From an uncultured Enterobacteriaceae bacterium (GTDB lineage Bacteria > Myxococcota_A > UBA9042), in NCBI GenBank assembly GCA_964438735.1, contig CAYTLW010000029.1, positions 1,724 to 65,723 on the forward strand: a stretch of DNA of 64,000 nucleotides. Reading direction: 5' to 3'. Numbering within the stretch: position 1 is the stretch's first letter; the number at the start of each line of letters is the position of its first letter. Below are positions 9,876 to 18,196 of this stretch, piece by piece. Position numbers and translations under genes: made by a program. Below the pieces are notes generated by a model. The model was not told where the DNA came from and did no database searches. It saw only the letters and a program-made list of their open reading frames with translations.

Positions 9876-12107
9876 ATGGATTCGCTTGATCCCGGTCTGG
9901 TACGCGCTGCCATCGCCATCGTGGTGGTCGGCCTGGGCGTCTGGCTCGTGGTCTGGCTGGTGCGTCGGCTCTCGGCCCAGGAGGAGACCAAGGGCGAGCG
10001 ACTGATTCAGAAGGCGCTCGGCAAGGGCGATCGGATCGGCGCGGCCAGGATCGCATTCGAACATGAGCAGTACGAACGCGCGGGCCGGCTCTACCAGGAG
10101 GCGGATCGCATCGCGGACGCCGCGCGCGCCTACAAACGGGGTCAGGTCTGGGCCAAAGCAGCGGCCGCCTATGAGCGCATTCAGGACTGGGATGGCGCCG
10201 CCTTCTGCCACAAGAAGGCCGGCGACAAGCGCAACTACCTCCGCGTGCTCAAGGAGGCCGGCAATTGGGATGACGCCGCGCGCATCGCCGTCGAAGAGGG
10301 CAAACCCGGCGAGGCGGCTTCGATGCTGCTCAAGATCGGCCGCAAGAAAGACGCCATCGAGCTGTTTCGCAAGGCCGGGGACACCGCCAAGATGCACGTT
10401 GTGGCCGGTGAGCTGGCCGAAGAAACGGGCGACCACGGCCAGGCGGCCCGTCACTGGGCCAACGTGCAGCAGTACGATCGGGCGCTGGAGAACTTCAAGA
10501 AGGCCGGGGAGATCCAACTGGCGGCGCAGGTCTTCGTGCGCACCGGTCGCGTGGGCGACGCAGCCCAGCTGCTCTCCGAACACAAGCTCCACAAGGAGGC
10601 CGCGGCCCTGTACGAGCAGCTGCAGATGTTCCGCAAGGCCGCCGCGCAACATTCGCAGGGCGGCGACGTGGAGCGGGCGATCCAATGCCTGACCCTGGAG
10701 GGCGATCGGATCGCGGTCATCAAGCTGCGCATCGCTCGCGGTGAGAACGACGTCGCCCTCCGCCTGGCCGAGGCGGTGGTGTCCACGGAGACCTGCTTCG
10801 CCGAGGCCATGCAGATCGCAGCCGACCTGCGCGTCCAGTCGGACGACGGTGACGGCGCCCTCAAGGACCTCTACCGGGCGATGCAGGCCGGGCTCGACAA
10901 CGCCACGCGCCTGGAGGTGGGGCGCAGGGCAGCGGAGCTCTGCGTCGACCTGGCCCGCCCGTCGACCGGCCGCAAGCTGCTCAGCCGCATCGAAGACCAG
11001 GTGCCGGCGACCGGACAGGCGCGCGAGTGGTTCGACAACCTGCGCCAGCAATTCGACGAGCTGCCCGACGAGAGCGAACCGGAGTACGTCACCCCCTCCG
11101 CCGGCCTGGGAGAGGCCACCTGGGCGGTAGAAGGCGCGGTGGAGGACGAGGCCACCCAGAGCTACCACGAGGGCACAGTGGCCTATGTGGACGGCCATGT
11201 GCAGCCCACCGAGGAATCAGACTTCGGCGTCGAAGTGGGCCCCGACGGCTGGCCGCAGGGCGTGCCGATTGCGCTGGCATCGCGCTATTCGGGCCTGGAG
11301 CGGCTGGGCCAGGGCGGCAATGGCATCGTCTTCCGCGGTGTTGACACGCTGTTGGATCGCATCGTGGTGCTGAAGTTCATGATCGAGGGCTCCATGCCCA
11401 CCGAGGTGGCGCGCCGCTACTTCCAGCGCGAAATCAAGATGGCCGCCAGCCTCAGCCACCCGAACATCGTGCACATCTACGACATGGGCAACGTCGACGA
11501 CGTGCTCTACTACTCCATGGAATTCGTCGATGGTCGGCCGTTGACCGCCCACCTGCCGCCCAACCAGCCCGTGCGGGACAAGGTCTTCATCGGCTCGGTG
11601 GTGGAGCAGCTCTGCGCCGCCCTGGATCATGCGCACGAGAAGGACATGGTCCACCGGGACATCAAGCCCGATAACGTGCTCATCTCCAACGAGGGCACCT
11701 GCAAGCTGCTGGACTTCGGCCTGGCGCGAATCCTCGACGAGGGATTCGGCGAGCAGTCCGTGCTGGCGGGAACCCCCTTCTACATGGCGCCCGAACAGAT
11801 CGACGGCTCGCTGGTCGACCACCGGGCGGATATCTACGCCCTCGGGGTCATCCTCTTCCGCATGTTCACCGGCAGGCTGCCCTTCACCGAGGGCAACGTC
11901 TTCGTGGCCCATGCGCTCGAGCCGGTGCCCGATCCGCTGCAGTTCAACGCCGAGATCCCCAAGGGCGTGGTCGACGTGATCTTCCGCTGCATGGAAAAGA
12001 AGCCGGACAAGCGACCGGACAACTGCAGGCTGATCAACGTGGCCATCAAGCAGGCCCTGTTCGGCGACCTGCGCCAGCAGAGTTCGTCCGACCCAGCGCT
12101 CGGCTGA
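9876..12107 (+). CDS. Membrane-anchored Ser/Thr protein kinase with N-terminal TM helix and cytoplasmic helical-repeat domain
   Basis: C-terminal Hanks kinase motifs (GQGGNGIVFRG, VLK, HRDIKPDNVLI, DFGLAR, APE) are present. The N-terminus MDSLDPGLVRAAIAIVVVGLGVWLVVWLVRRL is a TM helix. It is followed by repeated roughly 20-aa motifs (KKAGD, RKAGD, KKAGE). Confidence 0.85.
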   Translation: MDSLDPGLVRAAIAIVVVGLGVWLVVWLVRRLSAQEETKGERLIQKALGKGDRIGAARIAFEHEQYERAGRLYQEADRIADAARAYKRGQVWAKAAAAYERIQDWDGAAFCHKKAGDKRNYLRVLKEAGNWDDAARIAVEEGKPGEAASMLLKIGRKKDAIELFRKAGDTAKMHVVAGELAEETGDHGQAARHWANVQQYDRALENFKKAGEIQLAAQVFVRTGRVGDAAQLLSEHKLHKEAAALYEQLQMFRKAAAQHSQGGDVERAIQCLTLEGDRIAVIKLRIARGENDVALRLAEAVVSTETCFAEAMQIAADLRVQSDDGDGALKDLYRAMQAGLDNATRLEVGRRAAELCVDLARPSTGRKLLSRIEDQVPATGQAREWFDNLRQQFDELPDESEPEYVTPSAGLGEATWAVEGAVEDEATQSYHEGTVAYVDGHVQPTEESDFGVEVGPDGWPQGVPIALASRYSGLERLGQGGNGIVFRGVDTLLDRIVVLKFMIEGSMPTEVARRYFQREIKMAASLSHPNIVHIYDMGNVDDVLYYSMEFVDGRPLTAHLPPNQPVRDKVFIGSVVEQLCAALDHAHEKDMVHRDIKPDNVLISNEGTCKLLDFGLARILDEGFGEQSVLAGTPFYMAPEQIDGSLVDHRADIYALGVILFRMFTGRLPFTEGNVFVAHALEPVPDPLQFNAEIPKGVVDVIFRCMEKKPDKRPDNCRLINVAIKQALFGDLRQQSSSDPALG

Positions 12108-12116
12108 GCCCTCGCA

Positions 12117-13145
12117 GTGCCCCCACAATCACTCATCTCCATCCTCCTGCCGGTTCGAAACGGCGGTCCGTGGCTGCGGCAGGCCTGCACCTCTGTGCTG
12201 GACAACGCCGCTCACTGTGAGCTGATCGCGGTCGACGATGGCTCGACCGATGACAGCCTGGCGTGTCTACAGGGACTGGCACGCGTCGAGCCGCGGCTGC
12301 GGCTGCTTCGGCAGGCTGCGCGCGGTCATGTGGTCGCGCTCAACCACGCTCTGTCGCAGGCGCGCGGACACCTGGTCGCCCGCATGGATGCGGATGACGA
12401 GTCCCTGCCAGGTCGCCTGGACGCCCAGCTCCAACACTGGCGCACACGGGGGCAACCGGATGACCTGGTCGTGGGCTGCGGCGTCGAGCCTTTTGCCGAC
12501 GATCGACCCATCGGCGCCGGCATGGTGCGTTACTGCCGCTGGCTCAATGGCTTGCGGAGCGCCGAAGACCACTGGCGGGAGCGGCTGGTGGAGTCGCCCA
12601 TCTGTCACCCGACGGTGCTGCTGCCGACGACCCTGCTACGACGGGCGGGCGGTTGGCTCGACGGCCCCTTCCCGGAGGATTACGACCTGTGGTTGCGCTT
12701 GCTGGAGGCCGGCGCTCGGCTGGAGAAGATCGCCGCCATCGCTTACCGCTGGCGCGACCACGCCGGCCGCCTGACGCGGGTGGACGCCCGCTATGGGGCG
12801 CCCGCATTCGCCGCTCGCAAACGGGACCATCTGGTGGCGACCTGGCTGCGCACCGAGGCCATCGAAGAGGTTCAGATCTGCGGCGCTGGCAAGGACGCCA
12901 AGCGCTGGTGCGACCTGCTTGCTGAGGCGGATGTACGCGTGCAGCGAGTTTTTGACCTGCACCCCGGTCGCATCGGCGGCACCATCCGCGGCGACGTGCC
13001 CGTGCTGGATCACCGGCGGCTGGTCGACTGGTTGCAGGTGCCGACCCTGGTGGCCATCGGCCGGGCGGGGGGCCGGCAGCAGGTGCGCGACGAGTTGAAC
13101 GGGCTGGGCCTGGTAGAGGCGCGCGACTACCTCTGCTTGCAGTAG
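12117..13145 (+). CDS. Family-2 glycosyltransferase (GT-A fold)
   Basis: ISILLPVRNGGPWL...AVDDGSTDDS...ARMDADD are the GT2 DxD signatures. The gene begins 10 bp after the kinase stop. Confidence 0.8.
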   Translation: MPPQSLISILLPVRNGGPWLRQACTSVLDNAAHCELIAVDDGSTDDSLACLQGLARVEPRLRLLRQAARGHVVALNHALSQARGHLVARMDADDESLPGRLDAQLQHWRTRGQPDDLVVGCGVEPFADDRPIGAGMVRYCRWLNGLRSAEDHWRERLVESPICHPTVLLPTTLLRRAGGWLDGPFPEDYDLWLRLLEAGARLEKIAAIAYRWRDHAGRLTRVDARYGAPAFAARKRDHLVATWLRTEAIEEVQICGAGKDAKRWCDLLAEADVRVQRVFDLHPGRIGGTIRGDVPVLDHRRLVDWLQVPTLVAIGRAGGRQQVRDELNGLGLVEARDYLCLQ

Positions 13146-13164
13146 CAGGGAGCCGCGGCAGAGG

Positions 13165-14322
13165 TCAGCGCAGCGCCTGCGCCGCCTCGACCAGGACCGA
13201 TTCCAGCGCCAGACGGGTGTTCGGGTTGTAGACGAAGCGCCGCTCCAGGCGCTCGCACGCTTCGATGGCATGGACGATGCGACCGACGTCAGCGCGCGCC
13301 GCCAGCGCCCGCAGCTCGGTGGCGTAGCGGGCATGAGGCAGGGAGTCGGCGTCCAGCCCGCCGGCGACCAACATGGCGTCGCGCAGCACCAGGCGGACCG
13401 CGTCCACGGCCCAGGCCAGGGCCTCGCGATCCAGGCGTGCCGGTCCGCGCCGCGTGGTCTTGACTGACTTCTTCTTCTTTTTGACCGGGATGGGCTGGCC
13501 GCGGGCCAGGGCGCGGGCCTCGGCGATGGAGCTGGTGGGCGCCGGCTCGTCGGCGGCTTCCTGCGCGTCCAGGGGCTCCAATCGCGCCCAGGTGCCGATG
13601 AACTCGGACACGAAAGCCGGCACATGCGAGGCGCCATTGCTGCCCAGCGAGAGGGTGAAGCGCACCACCTGGTCGACCGCAGCCAGCCAGTCGGCCTGGC
13701 AGAGAGGGCGGGCGCGGCTCAGCCTGCCCTCGGACAGGGCCGCGGCCACGTGCGCCGCCTGCGGATCGCGGCCTTCGGCTTCGAGGATGGCGCAGATGTC
13801 GCTGGCGGCCAGGTTGGAAAAGCGCACCGCCTGGCTGCGCGAGATGATCGTCCGCAACAACAACTGCGGCTTGCTGGTCAGCAGGATGAAGTGGGTCCGT
13901 GGGGGCGGCTCCTCCAGCGTCTTGAGCAGCGCGTTGGCCGCCTCCTCGCGCAGCCTGTCGGCCGACTCGACCAGCAGCACCTTGCAACGGCCCACGACCG
14001 GATCGAAGCGCAGGCGCCGGCTGGCTTCTCGCACCTGATCGATGCGGATGTTGGCGCCTTTGGGGCTGAGCAGGGAGATGTCGGCGTGGTTGCCTCGCTT
14101 CAGGGCGCGACAGGAGCGACATCGTCCACAGGCGTCGTCGCGGCCGCTGGCCTTGTTGCATGCCAGGCGAGCGGAGAGCGCCCAGGCCACGGTCTGCTTG
14201 CCGACGCCATCCGGTCCCTGAAAGAGGTAGGCATGAGCCGGCTGGGACGCTGCGCAGATGCGCCGCAGCACCTCTATCTGGGCGCCGTGACCGCGAATCT
14301 GGGACAGCTGTACAAGGGCCAT
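13165..14322 (-). CDS. holB: DNA polymerase III delta-prime subunit
   Basis: Walker A GPDGVGK, zinc module CGRCRSCRALKRGNH, and the box ADRLREEAANALLKTLEEPP. Likely start MALVQLSQIRGH. Confidence 0.75.
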   Translation of the reverse strand: MALVQLSQIRGHGAQIEVLRRICAASQPAHAYLFQGPDGVGKQTVAWALSARLACNKASGRDDACGRCRSCRALKRGNHADISLLSPKGANIRIDQVREASRRLRFDPVVGRCKVLLVESADRLREEAANALLKTLEEPPPRTHFILLTSKPQLLLRTIISRSQAVRFSNLAASDICAILEAEGRDPQAAHVAAALSEGRLSRARPLCQADWLAAVDQVVRFTLSLGSNGASHVPAFVSEFIGTWARLEPLDAQEAADEPAPTSSIAEARALARGQPIPVKKKKKSVKTTRRGPARLDREALAWAVDAVRLVLRDAMLVAGGLDADSLPHARYATELRALAARADVGRIVHAIEACERLERRFVYNPNTRLALESVLVEAAQALR

Positions 14323-14448
14323 GGGGGGCCGAGCGTGGGCCAATGTCGGCCGCCCGGTCAAGCTGTCAGCGATCCACGGTTGAGCAAAGGGGCGGGCGCC
14401 ACGTATGATGGGCCTCGTTATCGTCCTCGCCCCCCTCCAGGAGACGCG

Positions 14449-16122
14449 ATGAGAGCCATCTTCGCCGCCACCGCGCTGGCTGCCCTGCTGCTATCTGCCC
14501 CGGTCCACGCCGATACGGTCGTCTGGAAGTACGACGATTGGCAGGGGACCATCGAGCAGAATGCCGACGGCAAGAACAAGCACCCCCACAAGGCCTATCC
14601 GGGGTTCGTTGCGGGCGAGGCCTACGGTCAGATCTACCGGCCCAAGCCGGGCGACTATCCGATCAAGATTCTCAGCGTGAAGATGGTCGTCGCCTCGCCC
14701 AACGTCACCCCGCCAGGCGACGCCAACATCGACATCGAGATCTGGAACGACACCTCGCAGACGGCCACCCCCAATACGAAGTCCCCACATTTCAAGATCT
14801 CCTCGAGCGAGTTCTGGAACCCCCAGACCCAGAAAGACAACATGCCGCTGACCGGCAATACGGCGATGGTCTACAAGTTCGATTACAAGGACCCCCAGGG
14901 CGCCCCCAAGAAGATCACGCAGGGCAATGTCCGGCTGATGGTCCGCTTCACCAGCAAGGCGGTGGACGCCCAGAAGTGGTGGAATGAGATCGGCTGCGCC
15001 AAGGTCGAGATCGCCGGCGTCACCCTGGGTTGCGGCTGCCAAAAGGTCGCCCCGCTGACCGACTCGTCGACCACCAAGAAGTCCAACCTGATGCACATCA
15101 TCACCCCGTTGGGCCAGTGCTCCGGCGGCAAGAAGTGGATGTGGATCGAAGACGTGTCCAAAGAGGGCAAGTCCATGAGCGGCGACTTCATCCTCCGCAT
15201 GGAAGTGGAAACCTCGGGCGCGGCGCCAGTCCCCGATGCGGGCAGCTCCGGCGATGGCGGCTCGGGCATCATCGACGCTGGCGGCCCCAAGCCTCAGGAC
15301 GCTGGTTCGGTCGATCAAGGGCCGCCGCCGATCAAGAATCCGGTGATCGATCTGATCACGCCCAAAGAGGTGATGGAGGGCAAGATCACCGCCATCGATA
15401 TCCTGGGTAAACACTTCGAGGCCGGCGCCATCGTCAAAGTGGGCAAGTACAAGTGCCAGGTGAGCAAGGTCAGCGAAAACAAGATCGAGGCCAATGTGCT
15501 CTCGGATGTGCCCGCGGGTCTGTACGCGGTCATCGTCGAGAATCCGTCGGGCGGCATCGGCTTCAAGGATGACGCCCTGACCGTGACCGCCCCACCCGAG
15601 GAGGACGCCGGACCGGCCGACACCGGGCCCGAGGATACCGGCCCGCCGGATACCGGACCGCCCGACGCCGGCCCGCCGCCCAAACCCGAGATCGAGCTGA
15701 TCACACCCGATCACGGCCCTGGTGACGTGGAGAACGAGATCACCATCGTCGGCAAGAACTTCGAGGATGGCGCCACGGTCAAGATCGGCAGCGCCAAGCA
15801 GCTGGTCGTCTCGGTCACCGCGACCAAGATCGAAGCCAAGGTGCTCGCGCCCATGGTGCCGGGCGTCTACACGGTCCTGATCGAGAATCCCAACGGCCAG
15901 GTCGGCTTCAAGGAGAAGGCCTATACCGTCGACGAGCCGCCCAAGCCCGATCCAGGCCCGGTCGACGCCGGCCAGCAGGATACCGGCCCCGTGGGTGTGC
16001 CCGCCGTCGTGCCGGCAGCCGACAGCGGTTGCTCCAGCGCGAACTCATCCAACGGCGCCGCAGGTGCGCTGTTGCTGCTCTGCCTGGTGGCGCTTGTGGG
16101 TTGGCGACGCAGGCTCGCCTGA
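14449..16122 (+). CDS. Secreted protein with two IPT/TIG-like Ig domains, a Pro-rich PxDTG linker and a MYXO-CTERM sorting signal
   Basis: Signal MRAIFAATALAALLLSAPVHA. Two homologous roughly 85-aa modules (ITPKEV...GKHFEAGAIVKVG... and ITPDHG...GKNFEDGATVKIG...). C-terminal GCSSANSS-hydrophobic-WRRRLA matches the MYXO-CTERM tripartite pattern. The tabulated ORF 13624.. is an antisense extension over holB. Confidence 0.75.
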   Translation: MRAIFAATALAALLLSAPVHADTVVWKYDDWQGTIEQNADGKNKHPHKAYPGFVAGEAYGQIYRPKPGDYPIKILSVKMVVASPNVTPPGDANIDIEIWNDTSQTATPNTKSPHFKISSSEFWNPQTQKDNMPLTGNTAMVYKFDYKDPQGAPKKITQGNVRLMVRFTSKAVDAQKWWNEIGCAKVEIAGVTLGCGCQKVAPLTDSSTTKKSNLMHIITPLGQCSGGKKWMWIEDVSKEGKSMSGDFILRMEVETSGAAPVPDAGSSGDGGSGIIDAGGPKPQDAGSVDQGPPPIKNPVIDLITPKEVMEGKITAIDILGKHFEAGAIVKVGKYKCQVSKVSENKIEANVLSDVPAGLYAVIVENPSGGIGFKDDALTVTAPPEEDAGPADTGPEDTGPPDTGPPDAGPPPKPEIELITPDHGPGDVENEITIVGKNFEDGATVKIGSAKQLVVSVTATKIEAKVLAPMVPGVYTVLIENPNGQVGFKEKAYTVDEPPKPDPGPVDAGQQDTGPVGVPAVVPAADSGCSSANSSNGAAGALLLLCLVALVGWRRRLA

Positions 16123-16144
16123 GCGGATCCAAGGCGAACGGACT

Positions 16145-18184
16145 CTAACCGTCGCTTTCGGCGATCGCTGCGTCCAATGCGGCGGCCAGTTCCTCTTCGA
16201 CGCCTTCGAGGCGTAGGGAGTAGGACTCCCAGCTGCGCATGGCCTTGTCGACCTGCTTGCGCAGGCGGCCGTTCTCTTCGGCCAGGGCGAGCACGCGGTT
16301 GTTGTCGTCGTAGAGGGTCGGGTCGAGCTGCATGTTCTCGATCTCGGCCAGGCGCGCTTCCTTGGTGGTGATCTCGGCTTCGAGGGCGGCGATGCGCTCC
16401 TTGAGCGGTCTGGTTCGCCGCGAGGCCGCGTTTCGCTGTTCGGCTTCGGCGCGTTTGCGGGCTCGCTGGCCGGCGCGTCCCTCGGCGCGGACGGCATCGG
16501 CTTCGGCGCGCTCGGCCTGGCCGGGGGCCTTCAGATCGACCACCTCGCCGCGCAGCAGGCGCTCGATCACCTTCGGGTCGCCGCCGCTCTTGCGATAGAG
16601 GTAGGCGTCGTAATCCCCTTCGAACAACGTCGTCCGGCCGCCGGGCAGGATCTCCAGCACATGGGTCGCCACCGCGTTGATGAAGTAGCGGTCGTGGCTG
16701 ACCATGACGATGGTGCCGTCGAAGGCGTTGAGGGCCTCTTCGAGCATCTCGCGGCTGAGCAGGTCCAGGTGACCGGTCGGCTCGTCCAGTAGGAGCAGGC
16801 TGGGCCCACGCAGGACCATCTTGACCAGCGCCAGGCGGGCCTTTTCGCCGCCGCTGAGCACGGCCACCTTCTTGTCCACCGCCTTGCCGCGAAAGAGCAG
16901 CGCGCCCAGCGTATTGCGGATCATGGTGACGGTGTCTTCGTCGGCAGCCCGCTTGGCCTCCTGCCAGGCCGTCAGGCGCGGGTCGAGACCCTCCAGGGCG
17001 TGCTGGGCGTAGTACTCCGGCCGCACATTGCCGCCGCGAAAGACCCGCCCGGCCTGGATCGGCGTGACCCCGGCCAGCACCTTGAGCAGGGTCGACTTGC
17101 CGGCGCCATTGGGGCCCACCAGGGCGACCCGCATCTGGCGCCAGATGGTCATCTCCAGGTTGCGATAGATGACCAGCTCGCCCCAGGCTTTGGTCACCCC
17201 CTCCAGGCGCAGCACCTCTCTGCCCGTCCGCCCTGCCGGCGGCAGGCGCAGCGTGATGCCGCCCGTCTCCCCCTCGACCTCGACGCTCTGCAGACGCGAG
17301 AGCATCTTCAGCCGGGCCTGGGCCTGCTTGGCTTTGGTCGCCTTGGCCCGGAAACGATCGACGAAGCGCTGCAGGTGGGCGCGCTGCTTGTCCACGCGGG
17401 CCTTGTCCTTGCGTTGCTGCTCGATGCGCGCCTGGCGGCCAGCCAGGAAGGCCTCGTACCCGCCGCCGTACTCGCAGACCCCGGTCGGTGTCAGCTCGAC
17501 GATGCGGTCGGGAAAGCGCTCCAGGAAGTAGCGATCGTGGCTGACGGCGATGACCGAGCCCGGGTAGTCGTCCAGGAAGTTCTCCAGCCAGCCCAGGGCC
17601 TCCAGGTCGAGGTGATTGGTCGGCTCATCGAGCAGCAATACGTCGGGCTGTTCCACCAGCAGGCGGGCCAGGGCCGCACGCATCAACCAGCCGCCGCTGA
17701 GCTGGGCCGCCGGGGCGTCGATCTCCACGTCCAGAAAACCCAGGCCGCCCAATGCGGCGCGCGCCCGGTGGATCAACGCATCGCCGCCCAGCGCCTCGAA
17801 GGCCTCCATGGCCCGGGACAGCTCGCGCAACGCCGCCGACTCCGCCGCCCAGAGCGCATCCGTGGCCAGCCGATGCTCCACCGCCTGAACCCGCTCCCGG
17901 GCGGCGCTGTAGCCGACCACGCCGTCCAGCACCGCGTGCAGGACCGAGCCGGACTCGAAGGGGTCGACCTCCTGGGGCAGATAACCGACCCGCACGCCTT
18001 TGCTGCGCACCACGGCGCCGCTATCCGAAGAGACCTCGCGGCTGATGATACGCAACAGGGTCGTCTTGCCGACCCCATTGGGACCCACCAGGCCGTACTT
18101 CAATCCGCCGCGAATATGCCAGGACAGCCCCTCGAAAAGGCGTTGCTCCCCGAACCATCGGCTGATCGCCTGCAGGTGGATCAT
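16145..18184 (-). CDS. ABC-F family ATPase (two ABC domains, C-terminal coiled coil; Uup/YheS-like)
   Basis: Two Walker A motifs (GPNGVGKTTLL, GPNGAGKSTLL), two LSGG signatures, no TM domain, and a C-terminal coiled coil. Confidence 0.85.
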   Translation of the reverse strand: MIHLQAISRWFGEQRLFEGLSWHIRGGLKYGLVGPNGVGKTTLLRIISREVSSDSGAVVRSKGVRVGYLPQEVDPFESGSVLHAVLDGVVGYSAARERVQAVEHRLATDALWAAESAALRELSRAMEAFEALGGDALIHRARAALGGLGFLDVEIDAPAAQLSGGWLMRAALARLLVEQPDVLLLDEPTNHLDLEALGWLENFLDDYPGSVIAVSHDRYFLERFPDRIVELTPTGVCEYGGGYEAFLAGRQARIEQQRKDKARVDKQRAHLQRFVDRFRAKATKAKQAQARLKMLSRLQSVEVEGETGGITLRLPPAGRTGREVLRLEGVTKAWGELVIYRNLEMTIWRQMRVALVGPNGAGKSTLLKVLAGVTPIQAGRVFRGGNVRPEYYAQHALEGLDPRLTAWQEAKRAADEDTVTMIRNTLGALLFRGKAVDKKVAVLSGGEKARLALVKMVLRGPSLLLLDEPTGHLDLLSREMLEEALNAFDGTIVMVSHDRYFINAVATHVLEILPGGRTTLFEGDYDAYLYRKSGGDPKVIERLLRGEVVDLKAPGQAERAEADAVRAEGRAGQRARKRAEAEQRNAASRRTRPLKERIAALEAEITTKEARLAEIENMQLDPTLYDDNNRVLALAEENGRLRKQVDKAMRSWESYSLRLEGVEEELAAALDAAIAESDG

Positions 18185-18196
18185 GGGCTGACGAGG

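Noticed and set aside
9810-11198. 462-aa ORF on the minus strand antisense to the Ser/Thr kinase gene
   Set aside because: Typical GC-rich shadow ORF: Ala/Arg/Gly/Leu-dominated low-complexity translation, no RBS or signal, and it fully overlaps a gene with strong kinase motifs.
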